Source: a virus (Duplodnaviria > Caudoviricetes). From it: 25,953 bases of DNA. Shown here piece by piece: positions 1 through 8,250 of this stretch. Made by a program: the position numbers and the translations under genes. The notes below the pieces were generated by a model. The model did not search any database. It was not told where the DNA came from and worked only from the letters and a program-made list of their open reading frames with translations. Each line of letters begins with the position of its first letter. Within the stretch, counting starts at the first letter, position 1. The stretch covers positions 1 through 25,953 of IMG/VR virus record IMGVR_UViG_3300005764_001402; one strand, written 5' to 3'.

Positions 1-1
1 C

Positions 2-382
2 CTTGAGCGCAATTGCCGGGTCGAGGGCCAAATCGGCGTTGGCAACGAGCGCGCCACCGAGCCCGAGTTTCCCGTCTTGCACGGCGTAATTGTCGCGCCA
101 CGTTAGTTGCACGTACCCGCGGCCGTAATACGTTTGCCCGGTTTGCGGGTCAGGCACGCCGTACGGCTTTCCTTTTCCTTGTCCGTACTCGGCGATTGGC
201 GCCATCGTTTGCGCCGTCTCGTGAAAGGTCGTCGCCAAGATGTAGGCCAAATGTCGGTCGTCGCATCCGACCGACTCGGCAAAATCGAGTATGGCATTCA
301 TGCCGTCGACTTGCCCCTGCGTCATGGAGCCGGAGAAGAGCGAGCCGCGAACACTATCGAAAAAATACTTGCGTTGAATCAT
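2..382 (-). CDS. Endolysin, glycoside hydrolase family 19 (3' end runs off the window)
   Basis: Not in the ORF track; translated by hand as MIQRKYFFDSVRGSLFSG...LAYILATTFHETAQTMAPIAEYG...YYGRGYVQLTWRDNY...LALDPAIALK. HET and GRGxxQLTxxxNY are GH19 motifs. ATG at 382 overlaps the upstream TGA (ATGA); an alternative in-frame ATG is at 391. Confidence 0.92.
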   Translation of the reverse strand, partial: MIQRKYFFDSVRGSLFSGSMTQGQVDGMNAILDFAESVGCDDRHLAYILATTFHETAQTMAPIAEYGQGKGKPYGVPDPQTGQTYYGRGYVQLTWRDNYAVQDGKLGLGGALVANADLALDPAIALK

Positions 383-519
383 TGCGGCCATTCCCCATCC
401 TTCGGCTTGTCAATCGGCGGCAACCTCCGGCGCGCGTGCCACCATGCATGGAGCAAGACGCCGCCGCCGACAACGACGCCGAGCGCAAGCGCAACCTCAA
501 GCCACGTTCCGACCGTCAT
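379..519 (-). CDS. Small single-TM membrane protein in the lysis cassette (46 aa)
   Basis: MTVGTWLEVALALGVVVGGGVLLHAWWHARRR: hydrophobic helix then a basic stretch; ATGA overlaps at both ends. Confidence 0.65.
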   Translation of the reverse strand: MTVGTWLEVALALGVVVGGGVLLHAWWHARRRLPPIDKPKDGEWPQ

Positions 520-1100
520 TGGACAATGCCGCACGCGTACTCGACGCGGTCGGCGTCGCACAGTTGACCCGACTGAAACGGCCCGCGCACCTGGCCCTTA
601 ACCGAGAAGCACAGTAGATTTTGCTCGGTGGCGCCGGGCGGCGTGTAGCGACACCAAAAGGGATTGCGCCCGGATACCTCCAACGCCCGGCCTTGCTGCG
701 AGATAAGCGGCGGGAGCACGTTATAGGTGTTGCCGCTCGTGCCGACGCATTGCCCGACAATGCTCAAACTCGCACCGTCGAGTACCTGAAAGCGCGCCGA
801 CGCGAACGACTTGCCAATGGTAAACTGAAACGTAACCGGCATGACGTCGCCAAGCGTCGTCGTGCCGCTCACGCCCGACACATCGAATGTCGCCGGCAAC
901 CGGAGGTCGACCCATCCGGTACCCGTACCCGGCAACACAAAGTGGATGAGGTCAGAGGTTACCCCGGTGCATTCCTCGGCTAAGAACGTGTCGGATTGAA
1001 TCCCGCAACACGCCGCCGGTTGACTCGCACACTCGGGATTACACACGCCCTGCGCCGCAGCGAGGCGCGCGAAAAGCAGAATCAAAAAGACCCATCGCAT
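516..1100 (-). CDS. Secreted cysteine-rich hypothetical protein
   Basis: Signal-peptide-like N-terminus MRWVFLILLFARLAAA/QG, 10 Cys, tightly coupled to both neighbours. Confidence 0.75.
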   Translation of the reverse strand: MRWVFLILLFARLAAAQGVCNPECASQPAACCGIQSDTFLAEECTGVTSDLIHFVLPGTGTGWVDLRLPATFDVSGVSGTTTLGDVMPVTFQFTIGKSFASARFQVLDGASLSIVGQCVGTSGNTYNVLPPLISQQGRALEVSGRNPFWCRYTPPGATEQNLLCFSVKGQVRGPFQSGQLCDADRVEYACGIVQ

Positions 1101-1102
1101 TG

Positions 1103-1537
1103 TTAATCTTCTCCCTTTTGTCGGCCCGCCCCCGACCCGAGGCGGCTTTTCAGCATTTCCAATTCCTGTTGGCGAATCACAACGAGGCGTCCGGAATCGT
1201 CGGCGATCTTGTGCATTAATTGCGATTGCTCGGACAGCGCCTCGGTCTGTAGTTTGAGCTCCGCGGTCTGCTCTTTAAACAGTAAGGTCTGTGTTTGGAG
1301 CTCGCTCAAGCTCGTACGCTCCGCGCTAATGAGCGCCGCCACCGATTCGGTGTTGCCGCTCATGCGCGAGGTAATCATGTTCATATTGTCTTGGAAGCGC
1401 GTAAGCAGAAACCACAGCAGCACGCCGGCGACGACGACCGGAAAGCCGACTTGCACAATGACGCGGGAGAGGAGGTCGACCCATCCGGCGCCCGGAATGA
1501 CTACTTGGGGCGGCCCGCCGCCGGCGGGAGCGGTCAT
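1103..1537 (-). CDS. Holin-like membrane protein with a coiled-coil tail (YvrJ-like N-terminus)
   Basis: QVGFPVVVAGVLLWFLL TM segment followed by a heptad-rich helix; upstream of the endolysin. Confidence 0.6.
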   Translation of the reverse strand: MTAPAGGGPPQVVIPGAGWVDLLSRVIVQVGFPVVVAGVLLWFLLTRFQDNMNMITSRMSGNTESVAALISAERTSLSELQTQTLLFKEQTAELKLQTEALSEQSQLMHKIADDSGRLVVIRQQELEMLKSRLGSGAGRQKGED

Positions 1538-2130
1538 GCCTCGCCCGCTAGGCGCCTAAGCGTCGCGCCAAGCGTCGCCGGGTCGAAGCGGTGTAGCTTC
1601 TGCGGCGGCACAAAGCGCACCCGGCGCCCGTAAATGAATCGAGCCACGGTGGCGACCCGCCGGCCCTCCTCCGCCACAATCCAACCGACGAAGGTCATAT
1701 GGGGCGGCGGGCCGTAGACTAAGACTACCGGCGCGTCGTCGGGGTCTTTCGGCTCTATAGGAAGGTCATTCCACAAGTGGTCGAGCGGCGGCGGCGCTTT
1801 CGGCGGCCGCGTTCTCACTTCGAGGCGCCCGAGGTCGCGGCAATCAATCCGCCCGACCCTCGGATGATAGAAAATCCGCCCCGCAATGCTGCCCGCGAGC
1901 TCGCCATGCGCGCCCAAGCAATGCGAGCCAACGTCGTCGCCATCGAAGGCGTTTCGCCGCATGTCGCCAATCGCCGACGCTTGCCGCAAGAGTCCAATGG
2001 CTTGCGCCACTACGCATAAGCCCGGCTCCAAGGTGAAAACGACCCCCGTCGGATAGGCGGGGGCAGGCGTAGCGGCGCCGGAGCGTTTGGCGTCGGCCGC
2101 CGGCGACACGACTGCGCCCGCCCGATACAT
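1534..2130 (-). CDS. Hypothetical protein, possible PD-(D/E)XK nuclease-like fold
   Basis: GAHGELA...DLGRLEVRTR pattern recalls restriction-endonuclease-like phage proteins; ATGA-coupled to the holin-like gene; start uncertain. Confidence 0.45.
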   Translation of the reverse strand: MYRAGAVVSPAADAKRSGAATPAPAYPTGVVFTLEPGLCVVAQAIGLLRQASAIGDMRRNAFDGDDVGSHCLGAHGELAGSIAGRIFYHPRVGRIDCRDLGRLEVRTRPPKAPPPLDHLWNDLPIEPKDPDDAPVVLVYGPPPHMTFVGWIVAEEGRRVATVARFIYGRRVRFVPPQKLHRFDPATLGATLRRLAGEA

Positions 2131-2209
2131 GGCGGGGCGGTGCGTCTATCACACCGGCGGCGCGAGTCTACCGAGCGTGCTATGAGCGCTCGGGAGGGGG
2201 GCCGCACCA

Positions 2210-2812
2210 TTGGCGACCGTCGAGGAGGAGGAGCGCTATCGCCGGGCGTTGCTCTTTCTCCTCCGCGACGACCCCGCCACCGCGCACCTGGCCCCCGCCG
2301 CCGAGCTCTACCGCGGCGGCCCCGTGGTCTACGTGAACGGTCAAGAAGTGGTCTGTGGCGGCCGCGACGCGCCGCTCCCGGCCACTATCCAACCCGGGCC
2401 GCTCGACCCCTTCGTATGGCGTACCCTCGACCCCCCGCGGCCCTACAAACGGCGCAAACCCCCCTCGCACAAGGGCCGACCGCATAAGACGGTCGAGCAA
2501 GCAAAAGCCGAGGGGCCGCCCGTCATGACCTCGTGGCTCGGCTCCGGGGCCGAGTACCTCGGCCGCCCCGAGCCACCGCCCACCGCCTCGCTCGCCCCTA
2601 TCCACGCCGCCGCCGTCGAGCGCTTCGACGCCGAATGCGACGCCCCCGAGCTCGGTTTCATACCCGCCCACAACGCCCCGACCCTCAAGTTTCGCCCCCG
2701 TCGCCCCCGAGCTCGCCGCCCTCAACCGACCGACCGCACCCTCTATTCCCCCTTGTATGACGGTATCTTAGACGTCGACCCCCTCGACCTCGACGCCCAC
2801 CGCATGAGGTAA
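2210..2812 (+). CDS. Hypothetical protein
   Basis: 200-aa ORF with TTG start and GGAGG upstream; followed closely by 2819..3082. Confidence 0.55.
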   Translation: MATVEEEERYRRALLFLLRDDPATAHLAPAAELYRGGPVVYVNGQEVVCGGRDAPLPATIQPGPLDPFVWRTLDPPRPYKRRKPPSHKGRPHKTVEQAKAEGPPVMTSWLGSGAEYLGRPEPPPTASLAPIHAAAVERFDAECDAPELGFIPAHNAPTLKFRPRRPRARRPQPTDRTLYSPLYDGILDVDPLDLDAHRMR

Positions 2813-2818
2813 GCCGCG

Positions 2819-3082
2819 ATGCCTCGCCGCCGCTCCCATGACGCCTTGAAGGCACGCGACCTCGGCCGCCGCTCGCTCGTCGGCGACCCCCGCCCACCCC
2901 TCGACATTACCGCCGAGCTCCGCGCCTTGAAGGCTCGAATCGTCGCGCCAACTACCGAAAAACCCTATTGGTCGGTCTACCGCGGCGGTCGCTTCCTCGG
3001 CGCCGGCAAGACCCCCGAGCGCGCCCTCACCGCCGCCACTATGCGGGCGTATCTTGACAGGTACCCCTCGCACGGCGCATAG
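2819..3082 (+). CDS. Hypothetical protein
   Basis: ATG preceded by GAGG; 6 nt after the previous stop. Confidence 0.55.
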   Translation: MPRRRSHDALKARDLGRRSLVGDPRPPLDITAELRALKARIVAPTTEKPYWSVYRGGRFLGAGKTPERALTAATMRAYLDRYPSHGA

Positions 3083-3336
3083 CCCATCGCATTCGGTGCC
3101 GGCCCCGTGGGATGACCGGCCGGCGTGCCAGGTGAGCCCGGCGCACCCGACGACCTCGGCCCCCCTCGGGGAAGCGGCGTCGGGATAAGTGACCGGCATT
3201 CCTGCTGTATTCCCCCGCTTCGGGACCAGGGGGGTTCCGGCCATGGGCATCGCGTTTCCCCTCTTCGACACCCCCCCATGGCCCCGAGCGCGTGCGGACG
3301 ACCCGCCTCCGCGCCATACCTCGCTTCACTTCTCGC

Positions 3337-3771
3337 CTAGTCTCGCCGCCCCACAGGGGGGGGGACTAGGGGGGGGGTCCGAGCTTGACCAGCCAGGCAA
3401 GGCAAGACCCGGCCCGGCCCACTCGAACCTAGGCGACCATCGGGAGCCGGCCAACCAACCTAGGCCGCTCGCATTCTAGCAGAACGCGGCGAGAGTGTAG
3501 CGCCGCGCGGGGTATGGCCGCTCGCCTCCCGGCTCGCTCGCCCCGGCCCCTGGCCCCCGGTCATGCCACTGTCAGCATGCTAGCAGGCTAGCCTGCTGGG
3601 CCTAGCAGGCTAGGGTGCGGGAACCCGCGCGGGGCGCGGGTTGCCGCCGCAGGGCGGGGCGAGGCGTGAGCCCGCTAGGCCTGGCCAGGCGCAAGCCTAG
3701 CTGGCTAGCTGGCTGGCCAGGCCGCGAGCCCCAAGCGCAGCTTGGGGGTCAGCGAGCGACAGCGAGCGGCC
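3337..3771. repeat. Non-coding palindrome/hairpin-dense region (candidate packaging site, terminus or origin)
   Basis: G9-ACTA-G9 (3356-3377); 12 CTAG in 3337-3708; palindromes AGCAGGCTAGCCTGCT (3582-3597) and GCCTGGCCAGGC (3679-3690); hairpins at 3622-3642 and 3729-3747; GGCCGCTCGC at 3463 and 3516, inverted at 3762. Confidence 0.7.
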
Positions 3772-3918
3772 CTCGGCCCCGGCTCCGGCCGAGCAATCTC
3801 GGCCCGCATGCACCCTCGGCCGCGCCATGCGTTGACGTTGCGACCCCTCGGCCGGCGGGTCGAGGGTCAACGCTACGGGCTCGCCAACGGTAGGGGCGGC
3901 GTGGTAGCGGGGGCGGGC

Positions 3919-4590
3919 ATGGCGGAGGAGCGCACGGGCGAGGGGACGCGCAAAAACCTCGGCCCGCCGGTGGCGGTGGTCGTCGAGCGGCTCGCCAAGA
4001 TGCAACGGGCGTGTCGAGCGTCGCGCGAGGAGAAGAAAGCGGCGGCGCGGCGGTGGCTCGAATCGGTCCCGGGGATGAACCTTGCCGAGCTCCGGACGTC
4101 GACGTCGACGAAGTATTGGACGGTGGCGATGCTGCACTTGGGCGGCTACGACCTCCGGACGATCGCGGGCACAATCGGTTGGTCGAATGTGGCGCGGGCG
4201 GCGCGGGCGTTAAAGCATCCGGCGGTGCGTCGCATAATCGAGCTCATTCGGGCGGAGCAAGTCGACCGGATATTGCGTGGAGAGTACGGCGTGCAGGCGG
4301 CGGCGAAGGCGGCGGCGCCGGCGGTCATGGAGCACGTTGCGGAGCTCGCCGGCGGGGTCAAAGACAAGGCCACCGGGGCGCGCATTGGGCGGGCGAAGCG
4401 GGATAGCGACGCCTTACGCGGTGCCGAGCTCCTCCTAACCGTGTCGGGCGATAAGGTCGAGCGCAAGGCGGTGTTGCACGCGCACCTCTTCGAGCAAATG
4501 AGCGACGACGAGTTGGAGCGGTTGGCGGGGGCGGGCGAATGGCCGGAGCGCTTTCGCGGGGTCGCGGGGTACTTGCCGGGGGGCGAATGA
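3919..4590 (+). CDS. Putative terminase small subunit
   Basis: In-frame ATG at 3919 preferred over 3742. HTH-like segment (GYDLRTIAGTIGWS), helical body and C-terminal MSDDELERLA resemble TerS proteins; first gene after the palindromic region. Confidence 0.5.
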   Translation: MAEERTGEGTRKNLGPPVAVVVERLAKMQRACRASREEKKAAARRWLESVPGMNLAELRTSTSTKYWTVAMLHLGGYDLRTIAGTIGWSNVARAARALKHPAVRRIIELIRAEQVDRILRGEYGVQAAAKAAAPAVMEHVAELAGGVKDKATGARIGRAKRDSDALRGAELLLTVSGDKVERKAVLHAHLFEQMSDDELERLAGAGEWPERFRGVAGYLPGGE

Positions 4591-4763
4591 GCGACGACCG
4601 CTATTGGGTCACGGTGCGGGTCGAGGTCGAGCGTGGGCGTGGCTCGGGAGCGGCCCGGGGGTCGATCGACGCGGCCGAGCGTACCGACGTCGAGCCCGAG
4701 GCGTTGGGGCTCTTTCGGACGGCCCTGTACCGAGCCCTTGCCGACCTCGACGGCGGCGAATGA
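4587..4763 (+). CDS. Hypothetical protein (58 aa)
   Basis: MSDDRYWVTVRVEV...; ATGA overlaps at both ends. Confidence 0.65.
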   Translation: MSDDRYWVTVRVEVERGRGSGAARGSIDAAERTDVEPEALGLFRTALYRALADLDGGE

Positions 4764-4939
4764 GCGCGCCGCTAGACCTCCATACGCTCGCAATCGTGGT
4801 TGCGGCGCTCCGCCGAGCGCTCGAATTTCAATGGTGGAGCGCCGCCGACCCCGACGCCGTCGCCCCGGCGCGTCAAGCGTGCCACGCAACGCTCAAGTGG
4901 GCTGAGGCGCTCTGTAAGGGCGAGGAGGCCGACGAATGA
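4760..4939 (+). CDS. Hypothetical protein (59 aa)
   Basis: MSAPLDLHTLAIVV...; ATGA overlaps at both ends. Confidence 0.65.
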   Translation: MSAPLDLHTLAIVVAALRRALEFQWWSAADPDAVAPARQACHATLKWAEALCKGEEADE

Positions 4940-5139
4940 CGCGCGCCGAGGCGCTAGACGAGCTCGGGCACCGCTACCGTATCCGATTCGTCGTCGAGGT
5001 CGAGCACGAGGGCCGGTCCTACGCCGCCCGAGGGGCCACCATGACCGAGGCGCCGAGCGAGGTCGAGGCGGCCGCGGTCGAGCTCTTGCGGCTCATGCTG
5101 GGCCGAGCGCTCGCCCAACTAGCCGAGCCGGTCGACTAG
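4936..5139 (+). CDS. Hypothetical protein (67 aa)
   Basis: ATGA overlap and GAGGAGG upstream. Confidence 0.65.
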   Translation: MTRAEALDELGHRYRIRFVVEVEHEGRSYAARGATMTEAPSEVEAAAVELLRLMLGRALAQLAEPVD

Positions 5140-5381
5140 TGGTGCGCGTGCTGCCGCTCGACAACGCCGAGGACGTGCGGCAAGCCCTCGACGACCTCAG
5201 AGCCCAAATCGACGCCGGCGACGTACGCGCCGTCGCAATCGTCGCCGCCCATGCGGACGGTGGCATAGAGCCGTGGTGGGGCGCGTCACGGAGCTACGGC
5301 ACCCATGCGGGCACGGTCTTGCGCGGGATGGTCGCGTACCTCGCGGCCGTCATGGACGCCGAGGCGCTCGACGGGCGCTAG
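5139..5381 (+). CDS. Hypothetical protein (about 80 aa)
   Basis: GTG overlaps the previous TAG; VRVLPLDNAEDVRQALDDLRAQIDAGDVRAVAIV looks like a real small phage protein. Confidence 0.6.
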   Translation: MVRVLPLDNAEDVRQALDDLRAQIDAGDVRAVAIVAAHADGGIEPWWGASRSYGTHAGTVLRGMVAYLAAVMDAEALDGR

Positions 5382-5620
5382 TCGCGTGGTTGCGTCGGGA
5401 GCTCGGCGATTGCCGCCCGACGCCACGCCTTAACCACGGCGCGCCAAAAACGCCCGTGGTCAACGCCCGCCTCGGCGGCGCTCCGGGCGGCGTGCGAGTC
5501 CAAGCACGCCCGCTCGTGCGAGGCGCGGGCGAGGGCGTTTCGGGAAACGGTCTTGCCGCATGCGCGGCACGTAATGAAAGGGCCGTTAGGTTGCCAGCGG
5601 AGGAGCATGGCGGGCGTCAT
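5378..5620 (-). CDS. Small putative Zn-finger protein
   Basis: CRACGK...HERAC; ATG at 5620 overlaps the upstream TGA. Confidence 0.6.
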   Translation of the reverse strand: MTPAMLLRWQPNGPFITCRACGKTVSRNALARASHERACLDSHAARSAAEAGVDHGRFWRAVVKAWRRAAIAELPTQPRD

Positions 5621-5784
5621 GCCGCGACCTCGGCGCAATGGTAGCAACGCCGGCGTGCCACCGGGCGGTTGTCGAAATCGGCGACGACGTGCCCGCATTC
5701 GAGCGTGTCGAGGAGCCGGTTAGGCGTACGCTCCCGAGCGACGACGCGCCGGAGCGGCGCCCGTTTGCGGCGCTCGGCGGTCAT
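5617..5784 (-). CDS. Small putative Zn-ribbon protein
   Basis: LECGH...RRCYHC; ATGA overlaps. Confidence 0.65.
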   Translation of the reverse strand: MTAERRKRAPLRRVVARERTPNRLLDTLECGHVVADFDNRPVARRRCYHCAEVAA

Positions 5785-5945
5785 GGCTCGACCTTCCGCG
5801 CCCCGGGCCGCGGGCGCTTGGCGGCGCGGCGTAGTTGGCGGAGCTTCGCCGGCGTCAACGCCTTGCCGCCCTTGCGGCCGCCCTTGGCGCCGACGCATGC
5901 GGGGCAGATAAGGACGCGCTCATGAACGGGGCAATGCGGCGTCAT
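5781..5945 (-). CDS. Small basic protein with Zn-binding and KGG-like motifs
   Basis: CPVH...CPAC then GAKGGRKGGKALTPAK; ATGA overlaps. Confidence 0.65.
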   Translation of the reverse strand: MTPHCPVHERVLICPACVGAKGGRKGGKALTPAKLRQLRRAAKRPRPGARKVEP

Positions 5946-6160
5946 ACCTCGACCTCGGCCCGAAGTAGCGCCTGGTAGCGCGCTTCCTGCCATGCAATCG
6001 CCTCGGCCGCATTCTCAGCGGTCAAGACAGGAAAGCGAGCTGTACGCTCCATGATCGCTTGTGCCATAACCTCCCGGCGCGTAATACGCTCGCGCACCGC
6101 GGCGGGAGTATCGGGGCGCTGCTTGGCGCGCTGCAACGCGCGCATGCTGTGATTGCTCAT
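5942..6160 (-). CDS. Hypothetical protein (72 aa), first gene of the reverse cassette
   Basis: Directly downstream of a sigma70-like promoter; ATGA-coupled to the next gene. Confidence 0.7.
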   Translation of the reverse strand: MSNHSMRALQRAKQRPDTPAAVRERITRREVMAQAIMERTARFPVLTAENAAEAIAWQEARYQALLRAEVEV

Positions 6161-6166
6161 AGCCCC

Positions 6167-6195
6167 AACCTACCGTAACCTCTTTCGTTAGTCAA
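6167..6195 (-). promoter_or_regulatory. Sigma70-like promoter, probably leaderless
   Basis: TTGACT-17 nt-TAGGTT, 6 nt before the ATG at 6160; no clear SD. Confidence 0.7.
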
Positions 6196-6248
6196 ATGGT
6201 CGAGGGTCGGGATAGGCAAGGCGACCTTTCGAGCGTACAAGGCACCCC

Positions 6249-6467
6249 ATGGAGCAAAACGAGCCCTTGGCTTTTGCCGGTGCCAACGACGGCCCTATGC
6301 CACCGGCCCCAGTGGTTACCTTAGAGCGCCGCCCCGAGCTCCATGCGGTCGCGCGGAAGGTCATTGCCATACTCGACCCGCTCGACCCCGCCGCCCGGCT
6401 CCGGGTCATCCGGGCCGCGGCGCTCCTCCTAGAGCTCGACGTCGCAACCCTCGGGCTCTACCCCTAG
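6249..6467 (+). CDS. Hypothetical protein (72 aa)
   Basis: ELHAVARKVIAILDPLDPAARLRVIRAA helical motif; 9 nt upstream of the fibre gene. Confidence 0.6.
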   Translation: MEQNEPLAFAGANDGPMPPAPVVTLERRPELHAVARKVIAILDPLDPAARLRVIRAAALLLELDVATLGLYP

Positions 6468-6476
6468 GGCGCCGCC

Positions 6477-8246
6477 GTGGATTCCGTTACCGGCCCCCGA
6501 GGGCCGCAATGGCGGCCGCCACGGCGCACCGGCGGCGCCTCGGGCGGTACGCCCGGCCCCCAAGGGCCGCCCGGCCCGACCGGACCCGCAGGGCCAGGGG
6601 TGCCCGCCGGCGGCACGTCGGGGCAAGTCTTAGGCAAGACGTCGGCGACCGACTACGCGACGGCATGGATAAACCAAACCGGCGGCGGCGGGGCCAGCGT
6701 GACCGTCGGCCCGACGCCGCCGCCCGCGCCCGCCGTCGGCGCATTGTGGTGGCGCAACGACCCCGACGGCCGCCTCTTCGTTTTCTACGACGACGGCAAT
6801 TCGACCCAGTTCGTACCCGCGACGCCGACGCTTAAGGGCGACCAAGGGCCGGCGGGTCAATCGTCGAGTTACATTGAATATCGTTTCTCGACAGCCACGG
6901 TGGCGCCGCCCGCCTCGGGCAACGTCCAATTGAATAACGCGACCGCAAGCGCCGCAACGCTTCTGTGGGCGTCCAATACAACGTCATTGAACAATGACGC
7001 GACCGTGGGCTTAGGCGCTATCACGGTCGGGAGCAAGGTCACGGTTCAGGTTCAGACTGACTCGACGAGCCTCTATCAATATCAGGTAACCGCTACCCCG
7101 ACGAATCACGGCACGTATACCGACATACCTGTTAGCTGGGTCAAGAGCGGTACGGGGCCGGCCATTGCCAATAATGCGTCTATCTTCCTCGCCGTCTCTA
7201 TCGCCGGGCAAACCGGGCCGCAGGGGCCGCAAGGGCCGGCGGGGCCAACGGGCGCGACCGGAGCGACCGGGCCGCAAGGGCCGACCGGCGCCACCGGCGC
7301 GCAAGGGCCAGCGGGAGCAACGGGCGCGACCGGCCCCGCCGGTGCTGACTCGACGGTGCCCGGCCCGACGGGGCCGCAAGGTGCCACCGGTGCCACCGGG
7401 CCGACCGGCCCCGGCGTGGCCGCCGGCGGCACCACGGGGCAACAGTTACAGAAGTCGAGCGCGGCCGACTACGCGACGGCATGGGTCACGCCGCCGACTA
7501 TCCCGACGACGCTACCGCCCTCGGGGCCGGCGGGCGGCGATCTAACGGGCACGTACCCTAACCCGACCGTGGCGGCGGGCGCCGTCGGTAACGCCGAAAT
7601 TTCCGACGTCGCATGGTCGAAGGTAACCGGCGCCCCGTCGAGCTTCCCGCCCTCGGGCGCGGCGTCGGGCGACCTCACGGGTACCTACCCGGCGCCGACA
7701 ATCGGCGCGCTCAAGGTGACTACGGGCGCCGTCGCGGCGCTCGCCATTACCGACGCGAAGATAAATGACGTCGCGTGGGGCAAGGTGACGGGTGCGCCCG
7801 CGAGCTTTCCGCCGAGCGGGACGGCCGGCGGCGATTTGAGCGGGACGTACCCTAACCCGACAATCGGCGCGCTCAAGGTAACGACCGGCGCGCTTGCCGC
7901 GGCCGCCGTGACCGACGCGAAGGTTAACGACGTCGGTTGGTCAAAGGTCACGGGCGCCCCGTCGAGCTTTCCACCGTCGGGCGCCGCCGGCGGCGACCTC
8001 GCCGGCTCGACGTACCCTAACCCGACGATAGCGAACGGCGCCGTGACCGATGCCAAGATTACGAGCGTGTCATGGTCGAAGGTAACCGGCGCGCCGACCG
8101 CCATGCTCGGGCTCGCGTCGATTGGTTTGACAGCGCCGGCGTCGCCACAAGTCGGGCAACTGTGGTGGCGGAGCGATACCGGGAAAATGTATATCTATTA
8201 TAACGACGGCACCTCGACCCAATGGGTACCCGTCAACCTCGGGTGA
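6477..8246 (+). CDS. Collagen-like tail/head fibre protein with internal repeats
   Basis: G-X-Y runs, four PPSG..GDL.GTYP.P...W.KVTGAP repeats, duplicated G.LWW...G...YxDGxSTQ(F/W)VP domain. Confidence 0.85.
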   Translation: MDSVTGPRGPQWRPPRRTGGASGGTPGPQGPPGPTGPAGPGVPAGGTSGQVLGKTSATDYATAWINQTGGGGASVTVGPTPPPAPAVGALWWRNDPDGRLFVFYDDGNSTQFVPATPTLKGDQGPAGQSSSYIEYRFSTATVAPPASGNVQLNNATASAATLLWASNTTSLNNDATVGLGAITVGSKVTVQVQTDSTSLYQYQVTATPTNHGTYTDIPVSWVKSGTGPAIANNASIFLAVSIAGQTGPQGPQGPAGPTGATGATGPQGPTGATGAQGPAGATGATGPAGADSTVPGPTGPQGATGATGPTGPGVAAGGTTGQQLQKSSAADYATAWVTPPTIPTTLPPSGPAGGDLTGTYPNPTVAAGAVGNAEISDVAWSKVTGAPSSFPPSGAASGDLTGTYPAPTIGALKVTTGAVAALAITDAKINDVAWGKVTGAPASFPPSGTAGGDLSGTYPNPTIGALKVTTGALAAAAVTDAKVNDVGWSKVTGAPSSFPPSGAAGGDLAGSTYPNPTIANGAVTDAKITSVSWSKVTGAPTAMLGLASIGLTAPASPQVGQLWWRSDTGKMYIYYNDGTSTQWVPVNLG

Positions 8247-8250
8247 CAAT

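Noticed and set aside
13-601. Plus-strand ORFs 13..567 and 107..601, and similar Arg/Pro-rich shadow ORFs throughout
   Set aside because: They are antisense or off-frame to well-supported genes, as expected in high-GC DNA.
3125-3479. ORFs 3125..3340 and 3189..3479; GGCCATGGG/CCCATGGCC stem at 3239-3283 as an ncRNA
   Set aside because: No SD or recognisable motifs, and a single 9-bp GC-rich stem is too weak to call an RNA gene.
3337-3771. CRISPR array
   Set aside because: No constant-length repeats with regular unique spacers; no cas operon.
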